Assembly: GCF_009914755.1 (NCBI RefSeq)
Contig: NC_060931.1
Source of the DNA: the human T2T-CHM13v2.0 reference genome, Homo sapiens
Length of the DNA stretch: 64,000 nt
Strand: one strand, 5' to 3'
Made by a program: the position numbers and the translations under genes. The notes beneath the pieces were generated by a model. The model ran no database searches. It saw only the letters and a list, made by a program, of their open reading frames with translations, and had not been told where the DNA came from. Shown here in pieces: positions 1 to 31,043 of the stretch. The first letter of the stretch is position 1; the number at the start of each line of letters is the position of its first letter.

Positions 1-512
1 AGGGAACCTGAATGTAAGCCAGGAGAGTTTTTCATAAAAATGAAAAACCAAGTTTCAACAGCATGCCTCATGCCTCCTTCTGCCAGGCCACAGACAGTTT
101 GGACAAGATACCAAAGGCAACAGAAATTAAGACCAAAATGCAATCCTACCCTTCCCCACACAAAGCAATACAAAACACTGTTTCTTTTGTCTCACAAAAA
201 GAGCCAGATAATGTAATACATCAGTTACTAAAAGCTGTCCCCACCTCTGAGGTAGACTGAAAAGAATAAACAGAGCCCAGACAGGTGTGACTTCACCTTG
301 ATGGCCCCCTTCCAGGAGCTGAAACAGCTTGCAGATGACCATAATATCAAAGCAGTGGTAATCCCAGCTCGGAACAGCTGGTCCAAAGCCCCACCATTTC
401 AGAGCAACATGTCTCATCTCTAAGTGCAGCTGGGATGGAGTGCAAAAGAACCTGCTAATACTGTTAAGGTGGGGTCAGGATCAAACAGCTCTGCCCCTTA
501 GAAGGAAGCCCA

Positions 513-1900
<1,388 letters not shown>

Positions 1901-2031
1901 ATGATCAGGCTCTGTACCCAAAAGATGAACTTAAAGCTCCTTAGATTCATTCTGTTTGAATAACTCAAGCTTAATTATAACAGCTATTCATATTTATTCA
2001 TTCAATTATTTTTAAAAGAAAAGATTCTCAC

Positions 2032-2179
2032 CTGCCACGGGAGTTGCGCCTGGCAGTAGCGGGCTGGCAAGCTGGGCACTGCCACTCACCATCTGGTACT
2101 TCATAGAGGGCCGGCCTCAGACAAAACAGGTGGAAGGCTTTATTACACTCATCACACAAGATCAATTTGTCATCCTCAC
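2032..2179 (-). CDS. BAZ1B: BAZ1B exon 15 (148 nt): (G)EDDKLILCDECNKAFHLFCLRPALYEVPDGEWQCPACQPATARRNSRG(R), PHD finger
   Basis: ctgcag|GTGAGG acceptor; GGCAG|gtgaga donor; C4HC3 PHD pattern in ORF 2028..2291. Confidence 0.98.
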
Positions 2180-2526
2180 CTGCAGAGAGATAAATGTGAA
2201 TAGCATTGTTGGGAGCACAGCAGCAGTCAATGAGCTGTAAGGAAGAGGCAATCACCCTACAATTCAAGGCACACGAGGAGACATGTTCCATAGAATGCTA
2301 CCCAGTTGTTGCTTTGTAAATGCAGGCATTTTCTAAAAAGAAATGAAGCATAACTTAGATTACAGATAATTTGGGAATCAGGTCTCCTAATTTATATCCC
2401 AAAACTTACCCATGGCTATGACAGAACAGTTAACAATTACTAAGAGGCACAAAAAACCCAAGTGAGAGTAGGAAATTTTGCTGCTTTTTCGACCTCCCCA
2501 AACGTTTCTCAACTTATGCCTGATGA

Positions 2527-2766
<240 letters not shown>

Positions 2767-3336
2767 TAATATGGTAATCTCTCCTTCCAACCTTCATTCT
2801 AGAGCGATTGAACGCTTTACAGCAACTGAATGATTTTACGTAGATCTTTTCATCTCTAACCTAACTCAGAAAATAACTCTAGCCACTGAAAAGCCAATCA
2901 GCAAGGGGCTTCTAACCATGAAGTTCCTTTTGCACATATGAGACTGCATGCCACCCTCTGTACCCGGACTGCCTCCTGCTGAAAGCACATATCTTACTTC
3001 ACAGATGACTAAAGTTCTGAGCCAATCAGAGGATTTAAAACTAAACTAACTAAAATAGTTACAAGGATTAACTAATTTTGTTTTCTGTAAAAAATCAGAA
3101 GATTGAAGAGATCAATTGCTTTTATGTTATGCTCTAAACCGAGGAACAAAGGGCCTGCTCTGATTCCCTGGCACGACATTTCAAAGACTGGCATGTTACA
3201 GACCTGCAGGAGAGTAAAATCTATACCACACTTATATTCTGTGTACACAAAATTCTTTTGGGTAGAAATGAAGATCTTGGGAATAGAAATCCTACTCCCT
3301 AATATACCCACATAAGCAAATTTGATTTAAATATAC

Positions 3337-3484
3337 CTTTCTTTCGACAAACTTTGCACCTAGCATTTTCTGCGGACATATCCCACTTGATACAGGCATC
3401 AAGCATCCCAAGCAGCACGTGCATCCTGGAGAAAGTCTGAGCTTCCCGGATTGCTGTCTTCCATTTCTCCAGTGCAGATGCAAC
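3337..3484 (-). CDS. BAZ1B: BAZ1B exon 14 (148 nt): VASALEKWKTAIREAQTFSRMHVLLGMLDACIKWDMSAENARCKVCRKK, PHD finger start
   Basis: gtttag|GTTGCA acceptor; AGAAAG|gtatat donor. Confidence 0.97.
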
Positions 3485-4863
3485 CTAAACAGAGACCAAA
3501 CCAGGCCAGCATTACTACACTGACCAAAGACACTGAGAGAGAACTAGGAACAGGGGACAGTATGAGAGAATTCTGAGGACACTTGCCTCCTAGAACTTCA
3601 CTAATCTAAACCATTTATTCTTATAAAAGGCTCCAAAGGGGGAAAAAAACTTGCCAAAGGTCACACAGAGATGCAGTGGAGTGGGTGGATGACTGGGGAC
3701 AAGCATCTTCTAGGGAAATCCACCTAACAACTCAGTATAATTTAAAAATAGGATCACCTGTATGCTGTAAATGCTATAATGCAACAATTTTAGACAGCTA
3801 ATAAAACTCCGATTTAAAAGATAATCAATAACCTACCACAACACCACCAATCCAATACCACAGCTGGATTTCAATGCCCTGCCCGAAGCAAAGAAGTCCT
3901 TGTGAAGTAATGAATCTCCTAAAGGAAAACAGCCAGTTATCCTGGAAGGTCATGGGCTTTAAAATACAGGTGCCAAGGAACAAAGATAGTTGATTCTGTT
4001 CCGAAGTGGGGTACTAAACAGACTGGGGAGAGGGATGAGGGGAACAGGGCTGCTTTTTCTCTTTCCTATAGAAACAGAGAATCACAGGGAGCCTTGTGTG
4101 TATAAATTTATGAATAACAAGGATAAGTAATATAAACACACATACAAAAATCTACATTTAAGAAGCTGCTAAAGTTCAACTGGAAACTGACTGACTCTGT
4201 TGTAGATATTTCAACATCTGCTTTGAAAAACAGCAATCTCCTTCCTTACTTTTGCAGAGCTCCTCAGTAAACTGAGGTCCACAATCACAGCTGCCTTGCT
4301 GTCTTCTCCCCTGATAAAAAGAGAGCTGACAGACACTACTGCAGATTCTCTTCTTGAGAGGATAACCCAAATCTTTTCAATGGAATATCAATGTAAGAAT
4401 TTCAGGTTCGGTTCTTTAAAAGTGCTTGAGAACTGGCAGGGAATGACTACCAATGGGCTTTGCTGTCCTCTAGTGGACATTCACATGTAGTGCACACAGT
4501 ATGGAAGAAAACAGTCATGGGCAGTCCTGCTTTTTACTATTTCCTATGAATTATAAAATCTGAGCATCCAATAGCTCATCTGACCTCATTAAAACTTTTT
4601 TTAAATTTGAAGGTGTTTTGGGAATAGGCTTATTTAACCTCGTTTTTTTAAAAAACAGATTTTAAATAGTATCATACAATAATAGGTAGCCCTTGTAACT
4701 GGCTTCTTTCACTGAGCATGTTTCTAGGTTCATTCGCAAAGCATGTAACAGTACTTTCATCAGTTTTACTGCTGATCAATATCTCATTGAATAGACATTG
4801 CACATGCTGTTTATCCATTCATCAGCTGACAGTTACCTGGGCTGCTTCCGTATTTTGGTTATT

Positions 4864-5367
<504 letters not shown>

Positions 5368-6191
5368 AATCAGGATGTCCGGACAAACGCCACCAAAGTA
5401 AACAATCAAACAAAACCCAGGATTTTGCCAAACAATATATCAGTCTTTTCTATTTAATTCAATAAAACAAAATAAGCATTAAAAACCGAAATCAACCACT
5501 ATTACAAAAAGAGATTTGAGAGACAATCCATTTTTATAAATAAGGAAGCTGAATCCTAGATTAGAGACTGATAAAAGCTCATGCAACAGCCTAGTGCCAG
5601 TTGAAAAAACTTTGGCCCTTGCTAAGTGGAAACCTTCAAAGCAAAGAGCAGTGGAAAATTTCAAAGCTGTGGCTGAGTTGACCTCTGGTGGGGAACCACG
5701 AGGCATAATGCCATTTTAATGCAGAACACTGCTGAACTACTTAGTAGGCAACCTAGTTGATTTTCCAAGAAACTCTTCCATGCTTTCCATTTATGTACTG
5801 TGTCTGGACCTGCAAACTTCTCACATTTTCCTCCCCAACTAAGCTAAGAACAAGTCTCATCTGACAAACTAAAATGAGTTTACTTCACTGTGGAACACAG
5901 TACTTCAGAAGTTAATGAGAACCCTACAGTGATGGGTGAGTTCTCAATGAGAAGGAAGCACTGTTGCAGGAAAAGAAATGGAAAGGACAGACGTGACTCT
6001 TGGACAGATCACATCAAGAAAGAGACTCTTCTGTATTGAACTTGAGTTAAAAACAAAACCTATGTAGTAGTAAGACTAAAACTTAAGCCTAATGAGAAGA
6101 GATTTAGCTAAGGAGACTAGTTAACTGTTTAATATCTTAGACATCTAAAAGGTTACCTAGGTGCTATACACAGTCATTTAAAAGGAACACA

Positions 6192-8290
<2,099 letters not shown>

Positions 8291-8579
8291 TCAGAAAAGA
8301 GCAAATATGACATCAGGTAGATCTGTGTGGACTAACGGGACGGAGGGGACAGATGTTTAGAATATACTGGTGAGTGAGAAACTGAAGACTGTTGTGCACA
8401 GTATAAGTTTCCACTTTTAATAAATCCAACAAATCTTTGTATATACATAAAAAGGACACCAAACTATTAAAAAAGTGACATCCTTGGGCAGTGAAACTAG
8501 GGTGGGAGTTATATATTTTACTTACCTCTCATTTTATTTACTTACAATAATAAAGCATGCTACATTTAAAAATAAAAAG

Positions 8580-11215
<2,636 letters not shown>

Positions 11216-11229
11216 TCTAGAGCAAGCAT

Positions 11230-14730
<3,501 letters not shown>

Positions 14731-15401
14731 AAGACAAAACATCATAGTGCATGAGGAATTTGAAAAGACCCACAAATATTAATATGTCTAGAATTATGTG
14801 GACTTATTGATTTAAAATCAGTAAAAAACGGTTTATAATAGTAATTGATGGATACTATTCACCAATCTTTGATACCTAAACCTACCTGTTACGGGGTATG
14901 GGATCTTTTGAAAAGTTTCACCTATACCACTTAAGGGTCCCTCTGAGCAATAAAGGACAGGACTGTAATGACAGCACACTGGACAACATGAGTGATGCCC
15001 AACATAAATAGAAATCTGAGCTGACTGAGTGTGAAGAATGGGCAAGTGCAGGATATGCAAGCATGTTTCACACCTGAAAGCACAGGCATCGCAAGGTAAA
15101 GATGTTAAATGATGCTATACGACTGGAGCCTCTACAACCAGTTTTCATTCACCTTAGTAGTGAAGCTCTTTTCATACCAAGGTTGTAAGCCAATTACTAA
15201 GTTTTTCTGGATAGCAGCAAAAGATAACAAGGAAAAAATACATATACATAAGGTATTTTTGGTTCCATACATGTCTTCCAAGACAAATCCAAACATCTGA
15301 TTTCCAGGAGGGTCACGTTGGGAAGTCAAGAACAGCACCAGGGAAGAACTTCAGATTGAGTTGCCATGAGTAATCTAAGGGGGATTTTCTTATATTCCTA
15401 C

Positions 15402-15579
15402 CCGGGCTTCAAATTCTGATGTTTCTTCCACATATCCAAGTCCTCCTTTTTGTAACCTTGTTGCAACTTCAATGAGATCACTACGAAGGAAGTTTAAAAG
15501 CTCCTGGTTGCCATCACAAGATTTTAGACCCAAATTTGGCTTCCGTGCTAGATGAATAGAGTGAATAATGTCCTGGTAC
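15402..15579 (-). CDS. BAZ1B: BAZ1B exon 12 (178 nt): YQDIIHSIHLARKPNLGLK...EETSEFEAR
   Basis: ttctag|GTACCAG acceptor; GCCCGG|gtagga donor; ORF 15390..15638. Confidence 0.96.
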
Positions 15580-16039
15580 CTAGAAGATTTGGGACAAGAG
15601 AATGGGGAAAGAAACAAACTTTTGAAGATGTTCTTCAAATTTCAATTACTTAACATGTTTTATTTCTAGAAAACTTACTTAGATCTCTTTCACCTCTCCC
15701 TGGTGTTTTTTCTTTTTTCTTTTTTTTTTTTTTTTTCCCCCGAGACAGGGTCTTGCTCTGTCACACAGGCTGGAGTGCAAAGGTGCCATCACAGCTCACT
15801 GCACCTTCAAACTTCTGGACTCATGCAATCCTCCAACCTGAGCCTACAGCTGGGACTACAGGAATACCCCTCCACACCTGGCTATATTTTTAATTTTTTG
15901 TAGGGATGGGGTCTTGCTATGTTGCCCAGGCTGGTCTCAAACTCCTGATTTCAATTCAAGCGATCCTCTCCCCTAGGCCTCCCAAACTGCTAGGATTACA
16001 GGTGTGCACCACCACACCCAGCCACTTCTAAGCTTTTAA

Positions 16040-16465
<426 letters not shown>

Positions 16466-17917
16466 TGAGCCACCGCGGCCGGCCCTCCTCTGTCTTTCTT
16501 AATTTGCCTAGACACATCTGTATTCAGACAACACAATTCTGAATACAGTTTTACTTAATTTACACATTAAGCAGTGGGCTAACATCAATATAATGTACCT
16601 ATTGTCCTTCGCAAAAGTCTGGCAATGGTGTAGAGTATGTACTGAATCATATTTTCCTTCTCTCTTCCATCAAACCTAAATTCAACCGTGAAATTGAGCA
16701 CAGAGTCAGCAATGAGAGGAGGCATTAAGCCAAAATCTTGTCCTGGCTTTGATAGAAATAATGTCTACAACAAATATGGCAGTCGCAAATTTGGTGCTAC
16801 TTTGTAGACAGAACAGGGTTTTTTGATTCTTTTTAATTCATATGACATGAAATTCACCAACTTGAAGCATGTACTTCAGTTTTTTGTTGTAGAACCACAC
16901 ATGTAATTCCAAAACATTTTCATCACCCCAAGCAGGAATCTCTTACCTGTTAGCAATCATCACTCCTATTCTCCCCTTCCCCTATCCTCTGGCAACCACT
17001 AATCCACTTTCTGTTTGAAATAGATTTGCCTATTCTAAGATGTTTCATTTGAATGGAATCATACACCACATGGCCTTTGATGTCTGACTTCTTTTGCTTA
17101 GCATGTTTTCTAGGTTCATTCATGTTGTAGCACAGAACAGTACTTCATTTCTTTTTGTGGCTAAATAATATTCCACTATTTGAATATACTAAATTTTGGG
17201 GGTTTTTTGTTTCATTTTGTATGAGACAGCATCTCGCTCTCTCACCCAGGCCAGAGTGCAGGGGCATGATCTTGGCTCAATGCAACCTCCGCCTCCTGGG
17301 CTCAAGTGATCAACTCAGCTCAGCCTCCCAAGTAGCTAAGACTACATACACAAACCACCACACCCAAGATAATTTTTGTTTTGTTTTTTTTTTTCAGAAA
17401 CGGAGTTTCCCTATGTTGCCCAGGCTGGTCTCAAAACTCCTGGATGCAAGACACTGGCCTGCCTTTACCTCTCAAAGTGCCGGGATTACAGGTGTGAGCC
17501 ACCGCACAAGGCCTGGATATATACTAACTTTTATTTATCCGTTCCATCAGTTGATAGTCATTGCCGTTGTTTCCACCTTTTGGCTCTTCTGAATATTGAT
17601 AGAATACTTCTGGACACCCACCCATCTGGGCCTCCATCTGCAAAGCTGTCTGACAACCATGAGGCTCACAGCTTGGTGCTGGCAACTGTTCTTTAGTGCA
17701 TAATAATCCTGCTACTCTATATATAGATGGCCAAAGGTATATTTTTCCAATAAGCATAATATGCCAAGAAAATACCAGGCAATATGAACACAAAACGGTT
17801 ACACATTTAAAATATTTTACTTTAGTAACTTAAATGGATAAGAAAAAAAACCCTCAGATATTTATATCCAATGCTAAAGAGAAGTAAGATGTGAGGAGTA
17901 AGATGAAAACCTCTTAC

Positions 17918-18016
17918 CTCTTCTCTAGTCTCTCTTTAAGTTGACTTTCTCTTATTCCCTGAGGGTGAAGACAGTTTAGCAACTCATCCAGCTCCTTTTG
18001 ACTATCACATAAAAAC
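17918..18016 (-). CDS. BAZ1B: BAZ1B exon 11 (99 nt): FLCDSQKELDELLNCLHPQGIRESQLKERLEK(R), WHIM3
   Basis: ctacag|GTTTTT acceptor; AAGAG|gtaaga donor; LHPQGIRE motif. Confidence 0.96.
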
Positions 18017-18774
18017 CTGTAGGGGCAAAAGAGACCTGATAACTCTGAAAAAAAAAAAAAAATTCAAAATCAAACACTAAGCAAGGGATCTAGAGTTGGT
18101 GGTGGGACTTGGGAGAACAGAATTCCAAATGTGTTCACAATCTACTATCTAGAAGTAGAATAAGTAATTTACTATTTTCATGATGCCTAATGTTAATTCT
18201 GTACTAGGACACCAGAGCCAATATGGTTCCTATTAAAATATTATATGAAATTTTATAAAGTTAATTGGCATACTTGTCCCTTTCCCTCCAGAGAGTAAAC
18301 CTATACCCAAAATTCAAAAATGAAAGGTCATTAAATCACAGGTGATCACAGTTAAAGCCGTAGAATGGATCCTCTAAAACCTAGCTCGCTGCCTAAAAGC
18401 AGAAATGCGCATAAAGGAAACGAATAGCTATGCATACAATTTGTTAATTAATAAAATTTAAGGAAAATCTTAAATACTTCTATTCCCAACCAAATTTAAG
18501 CTACATTTCTACTGCTATATAAGATCTATCACATAATATACAAAGTTATATTACAGGGGGGAAAAAATCAAAATTCCAACCCTTAAAAAAACAAGTATCT
18601 TCTTAACAAAAAATCAGGTCTGCTAATGCAAGAAGTTTTGATATCCAAAATATCAGTCACACAAAGTATCCTGCGCAAATAATTATTAACTCACTGGCAT
18701 CACTATACTAAATACTTTCTTCCTTAACAATTAAAAGGAAAAAGAAAGAGCAACCAGATGAATGCTCACATTAC

Positions 18775-18880
18775 CATAGGTTCTGTCCTTGTTTGGGTGT
18801 GGTTGTCTCTACAGCAACTTCTGTTGCTGTTCCATGTTGTGTGTTCATGCTTGCATTTTTACCTAAGTTTGCTTTCTTAC
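18775..18880 (-). CDS. BAZ1B: BAZ1B exon 10 (106 nt): (S)KKANLGKNASMNTQHGTATEVAVETTTPKQGQNL(W)
   Basis: tttttcttag|GTAAGAAAG acceptor; CTATG|gtaatg donor. Confidence 0.95.
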
Positions 18881-19825
18881 CTAAGAAAAATTGAGACATT
18901 AGGTTGACTTTAGTAAATACCCAATTGCTAGTTTCAAATCTAAGCAGTACACAGTGCCAAACTCAACAATTTGTAACAACACAGATACTTCCTGTGAAAT
19001 ATATCAAATATATCTTCATGTATAAAAGATGCTAATTTCTCTTAAATATCTTAAACACAGCATGTTATCTCAGATATTTGCTCTCTGAAGTGGAATCGTT
19101 ACACAGTTCCAAAGTTTAGGGGTACTGCAACTTAGAATGAAGAATGACTAAATATCTTTATATCAAAGCAAAATAAAGAATTTACTCCTTTTACATGATG
19201 TTAAGAGCAAAGGCATCTGTAGTGAAGCAGAGGTAATGAGAACATATAAATACTATAGACTTATCCTTGGAGGCTTCAAGTGTCAAATAATACAACTAAC
19301 TTTTTTGTAAATCAGTTCCTATATACTGATACGTGACTTTAACATAGATATATCTTGAGCCAATTTATCAAAGCCTATCTTAGATCATCACAATATTTGG
19401 TTTTTTGTTTTGTTTCGTTTTGTTTTTTGAGATAGAGTCTCGCTCTGTCGCCCAGGCTGGAGTGCAGTGGTACAATCTCAGCTCACTGAAACCTCTGCCT
19501 CCCAGGTTCATGCAATTCTCCCTGCCTCAGACTCCCGAGTGGCTGGGATTACAGGCACACACCAACACACCTGGCTAATTTTTCTATTTTTAGTAGAGAT
19601 GGGGTTTCACCATGTTGGCCAGGCTGGTCTCCAACTCCTGACCTCAGGTGATCCGCCCGCCTTGGCCTCCCAAGTGCTGGGATTACAGGTGTGAGCTACC
19701 ACGCCCGGCCAGTCACCACAATATTTGAAGCCTTACCTCATACTATGATTGTTTATCTTCTCTTTCCCATTCTCCCCACTTTAACCTGAAACATCTCTGC
19801 AATACTAACACATAACTTTGTTTAG

Positions 19826-20086
<261 letters not shown>

Positions 20087-20716
20087 TGATCCGCCTGCCT
20101 CAGCCTCCCAAAGTGCTGGGATTATAGGCATCAGCCACTGCATCCAGCCTCAGTTGGGTAATTTTAAATAAAAACTGCCATTCTAGAACTGGAAAACACG
20201 AAACAACATCCACCAGGATGCTCTAGAAGTGAAGGGTCTGGCTCCCCAATCTTGTCTCGGGGACACATTATAAAGTAACACTCCTTCATCCCACTGGAAT
20301 CTCTTCCAAATCTAAACATCCAGGCTCCACAGTTACTGCTCTCAAACCTAACTGCCCTCACCTGAGTATTTATGAAGTCTAACGAAACCAGATTCTTCTA
20401 TAAAGTGACATAATCTATGCTCGATATAATTCAACATGCAAACACCTTAAATCTGAAGTTTTATTTGAAGGAATGTTTATTTTTGTAAATCAGTATTATT
20501 CTTATTTAACAATTTTGTGAGTTTCAAGCTTGAGTTAGGAATTTCTCTAAAATGAATTACTTTTTAAAAAATAAAGATTTATCGAAGAAGCACAATAACC
20601 TAGTACTCAGGAAGCAACTTCTTTTATTTCTTTATCTCCCACATGACACCAACACATAAGCAATTTTCATTAGGTTACAGACAGCAGAGCTGAAAGAAGC
20701 TTATGGATCATTTAAC

Positions 20717-20955
20717 CTAGTGGTTCTCGAAAGGGAGCACTGCTGCCTGCCACATGTATCTGGCAGGATTTAGAGACATACTTGGTTTTCACTGCTACCA
20801 CCTAGTGGGTAGAGGGGAGCTCCCGAATAACCTATAATGCACAGGACAGCTCCCAGTACAAAAAACTATCTTCCTCATCAGTGTCATGGTGGGAGGAAAA
20901 AAAAAAAGATTCATCTAGCCCAAAATGTCAGTAACACTGAGGTTGAGAAAACCTG
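20717..20955. mobile_element. MER20 (hAT-Charlie)
   Basis: agtggttctc start, ataatgcacaggacagctccc, cccaaaatgtcagtaacactgaggttgagaaacctg end. Confidence 0.8.
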
Positions 20956-21310
20956 ACCTAACCTAACCATCTTATTTTTTTAATTAAAATTTGTTTTATT
21001 TCTTTCTTGAAATATACTCAATACATACACTTTAAGAAAGAATATGGATATATATTCAGAAAACTATTCAGTGTGTGTTTCTTTTACAAACTGAACACAT
21101 ATACCCGGCACCCAGATCAAGAGAAAGAATATTACCAGTGTCCCTACATGATCCCCTCTCAGTCACTCATTTTTCGTTAGGTATTTGCCATGTTTCTCCT
21201 CACAAGAATTTTAAGAACCTTATCTGTCTTGTTTGCTGCTATACCCCTAGCGTACGACAAACTGCTTCACAAATAGAGATTCAGCATAAACACTGAATAA
21301 ATTAATTTTA

Positions 21311-21785
<475 letters not shown>

Positions 21786-21995
21786 TCACACTATGCTTAG
21801 AACAAAGGTGGTAATCAAACGTGGGTTTCTCTCCTTCTTTCTACACATTTCACATCTACCTACTTCACTCAAATAGATCTAAGACCACAATAAAGAAATT
21901 CTGCAAATGGAAAACGTGACAGAGGAAAAGCAGTCCTTAATGTTGAGCCCACTTGAGCAGGGTGAAATAACTCTTAGATATACAGATATACTCAC

Positions 21996-22129
21996 TGCGA
22001 GGACAGTAATCCTCATCACCAGAGACTGTGTGGTCTTTGCAGTGATGGTTGAATCGGTAGTCAATGCTGTCATGTACCCAGCCTTTTTCAATGAATAATC
22101 CTGGAACTTCATCTGAGAAGAGCCAGTAT
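21996..22129 (-). CDS. BAZ1B: BAZ1B exon 9 (134 nt): YWLFSDEVPGLFIEKGWVHDSIDYRFNHHCKDHTVSGDEDYCPR
   Basis: ttgtag|ATACTGG acceptor; CGCA|gtgagt donor; ORF 21937..22140. Confidence 0.97.
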
Positions 22130-22354
22130 CTACAAATCACAACCAGTATTAATAAGACAGTGAATAGATCAGGATTGCAGGATGATTTTACTGCTGGAGA
22201 AGATAATACAGAGTATCACTGAGCATTCAAAACCACAGTTTACAGAATTCTTCCTCTTCAGAACTCTAGACAGATAAAAATTGCAAGGTAAATCAAAGTA
22301 TACGAGAAATGTTGAAACTGGAGACTAGCTTAATGTCCGTAATTTGTATAATTT

Positions 22355-25715
<3,361 letters not shown>

Positions 25716-25745
25716 GTTCATATGTCTTTAAAATGTTAATACAAT

Positions 25746-28810
<3,065 letters not shown>

Positions 28811-28919
28811 AAGTTCAGATTCGATGGAGCCATCAAAGCCCAAAATTTTTAAGTTCTTAAATCTTAAAGGACAGATTACTATCTGAGTTGGTGACCGTGC
28901 TAGGGGCTTCAAATACCTT

Positions 28920-29070
28920 GTCAATCAATTTTACAACAATCTTATCAAGCATATGAGGAAAGTGAGGCACGGATAAGTAATCTGCCCAAAGGAACACTGT
29001 ACAGCTAAGTCAGAGCTAGAACCTGAACCCAGGTCAGTCAACTCCCAAGTCCTATGTTGTTTCCACTATT
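28920..29070. mobile_element. MIR fragment
   Basis: atgaggaaagtgaggcac...aagtaatctgcccaaagg...gagctagaacctgaacccaggtc MIR core. Confidence 0.75.
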
Positions 29071-29341
29071 TCTATTTGTAGATTTGGTCCTTTACTGAAC
29101 CCAGAAAAGATGCCAACATCACATTAACTTATTAACTAATCAGAATGCCAGGCTGAACACTCCAGCTGAAATATGAAATTATCAACAGAACTAATAAAAA
29201 ATAAAATACATACCAATAGGTGCTGGGTTATTACATACAGAAATAAGTAAACAAACAGAGACCCTACCATTACCTCAGTAATTTCCTTTCTTTTACTATC
29301 TTCTACAGAGCTTCCCCTTTTCTCTCAGCATGAAATTTTAC

Positions 29342-31043
29342 CTTTCATTTCTCTTTCCTGGATTTCCCGTTCCTTCTTAGCTTGAATGGCAAGCAACCTT
29401 CTGCTCTTCACAGCACTAATCATGTCTTCAGCTTCTGTATCTACTTGGGGCTCAAACTTCACAATTTCTTTTTTCCTATCAGTTTTGCCTAACCCATTCT
29501 CAACTTTTCCATTTTCTTTATTTTTGGCTTCCATTTCTTTCCGTTTCTGTTTCTCTGCTCTCTTCTTATCATTTTCTTCCTTCAACACAGCAAGCCGTTC
29601 CTTCCACAACTCTGCAGACATCTGCTGTCTGGTCTCCATGTGGTCTTGCACTGAGTATGTCATGAGGATCCGGTGGCACAGTGCTGTCAAGATCTGTAGC
29701 TTCTCCTCTGACGTCAGCTCAAAAAATTCAGAGGTCTCCAGCTTTTCTAGGAACTCATCTTGTACCTCATTATCCTCAAATGCAGCTGAATCTTTATTGT
29801 CATCTGTGTCTGAGCCCTCGCTTTCCTCCTGAACATCAGATCTGCGCAAGCAGAGCCGCACCAGCTCTGAAACAGAATGCAGAGTCAAGGGGATTTCCGA
29901 CAGCTTCATTCCCAATTCACCATAGTCTTCTGCTATCTCATCTTGTAGGAGGGTCTGTAAGAGGATGACCAACACCCTGTTAAGGTATAAAAAGCCACCC
30001 TTATCTGCACTCAAGGCTTCCATAAGGGACACAGCAGTAATAGGATACTGAGCATCTGGTAAAAGTAGCCCAGAATAACAGCTCAAGAATTCCACCACCA
30101 TGGCCACATCCCCAAACAGCGTGTTGGGCAGCCCTTCAGGGGTATCCACCAATCTGAATGCTGGAAGGTTTTTGCCAGTTAACTCTTGGTCCTCATACCG
30201 CTTCTGTTTTTCTAATCTCTCAAGCATTTCTTTCTCTCTTCGTTCTTTGGCTTTTTCCTTCAACTTCTTTTTCAGCTCCTCCCGTTTCTTTTTCAAATAT
30301 TCTTTCCGTTGTTCTTCAGACATAGAAGCCCACCTCTTTTTGTGCTCTAGAAGTTCATAGCGTTTTTGAACAAGACTTCGCAATTCTTCTGGGAGACGAG
30401 CTCTATCTTCACTAGAGAGAAGACGAGCTGTTTTGGAGATAACACAGGACAGGGCGCTCCTCTTGTCCTCCCTGTCTTTGTTTTCTTTGTAGTATGCAAT
30501 GAGGTGTAGGGCTGCAGGAGGCAGATGTTTATGAGGTTTACTAGAGGTCCTAGGTGTACCCCCAGAATTCCGTGGGGCTCGTGTCATCTTCTGCGTGCCT
30601 TTGGCCATATCCAACAAAGTCATCTGCTTCATTTTGGTTTTAGGAGTCTTCAGTCCTTTTTTGGGAGATTTGGAATTCCCTGTGGATTTCTGTCCATTCA
30701 GGATGCCTTTGCTTCTGCCCTTTGCCTTCAAAGGCTTGTCACTGTGCTTCCCTGGTTTCTTGGCAGGTGGGCCTTTTTTAGGAATGTGAAAGTTAGTGTG
30801 CAGCTTATTGGGCGACATCATCTTCATCATTTCTTCTAGATGTTCTTCAGGAGATTTGGAATTCTTTGAGTTCTTCACTTTGAGTGGCGAGCCACTCAAT
30901 GACTTCTTCAAGTGTACGTGACACCATAACTTAGGATTTAGTGGTGAACTAAGAGAAGAGTTGTCTGTCTTGGATTTCTTTGAGGGCTTCCTGTCTGGGG
31001 ATCCAGTATTCTTCCTCTTAGTAGAAGGGTTGAGAGTCATATA
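29342..31043 (-). CDS. BAZ1B: BAZ1B exon 7 (1,702 nt): end of kinase region including Cys338 (KLWCH), basic disordered linker, coiled coil, DDT domain, WHIM1
   Basis: ttctag|TATATG acceptor; ATGAAAG|gtaaaa donor; ORF 29325..31040 (571 aa) with DDT motif LPNTLFGDVAMVVEFLSCYSGLL. Confidence 0.98.

Noticed and set aside
127-417. 96-aa minus-strand ORF and an acceptor-like tttattcttttcag at about 257 in intron 15
   Set aside because: Does not match the BAZ1B sequence that follows exon 15 (RNYTEES...) and has no convincing donor; the true exon 16 lies outside the window.
19737-19785. 49-nt purine-rich pseudo-exon (gtttcag|GTTAAAG...GAG|gtaagg) in intron 9
   Set aside because: Good donor, but almost no polypyrimidine tract and a competing upstream AG; not distinguishable from background.
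29386-30839. Plus-strand ORFs of 64-148 aa antisense to exon 7
   Set aside because: Shadow ORFs expected opposite a long K/E-rich coding exon (F/S/L-rich translation); no independent promoter or splice evidence.
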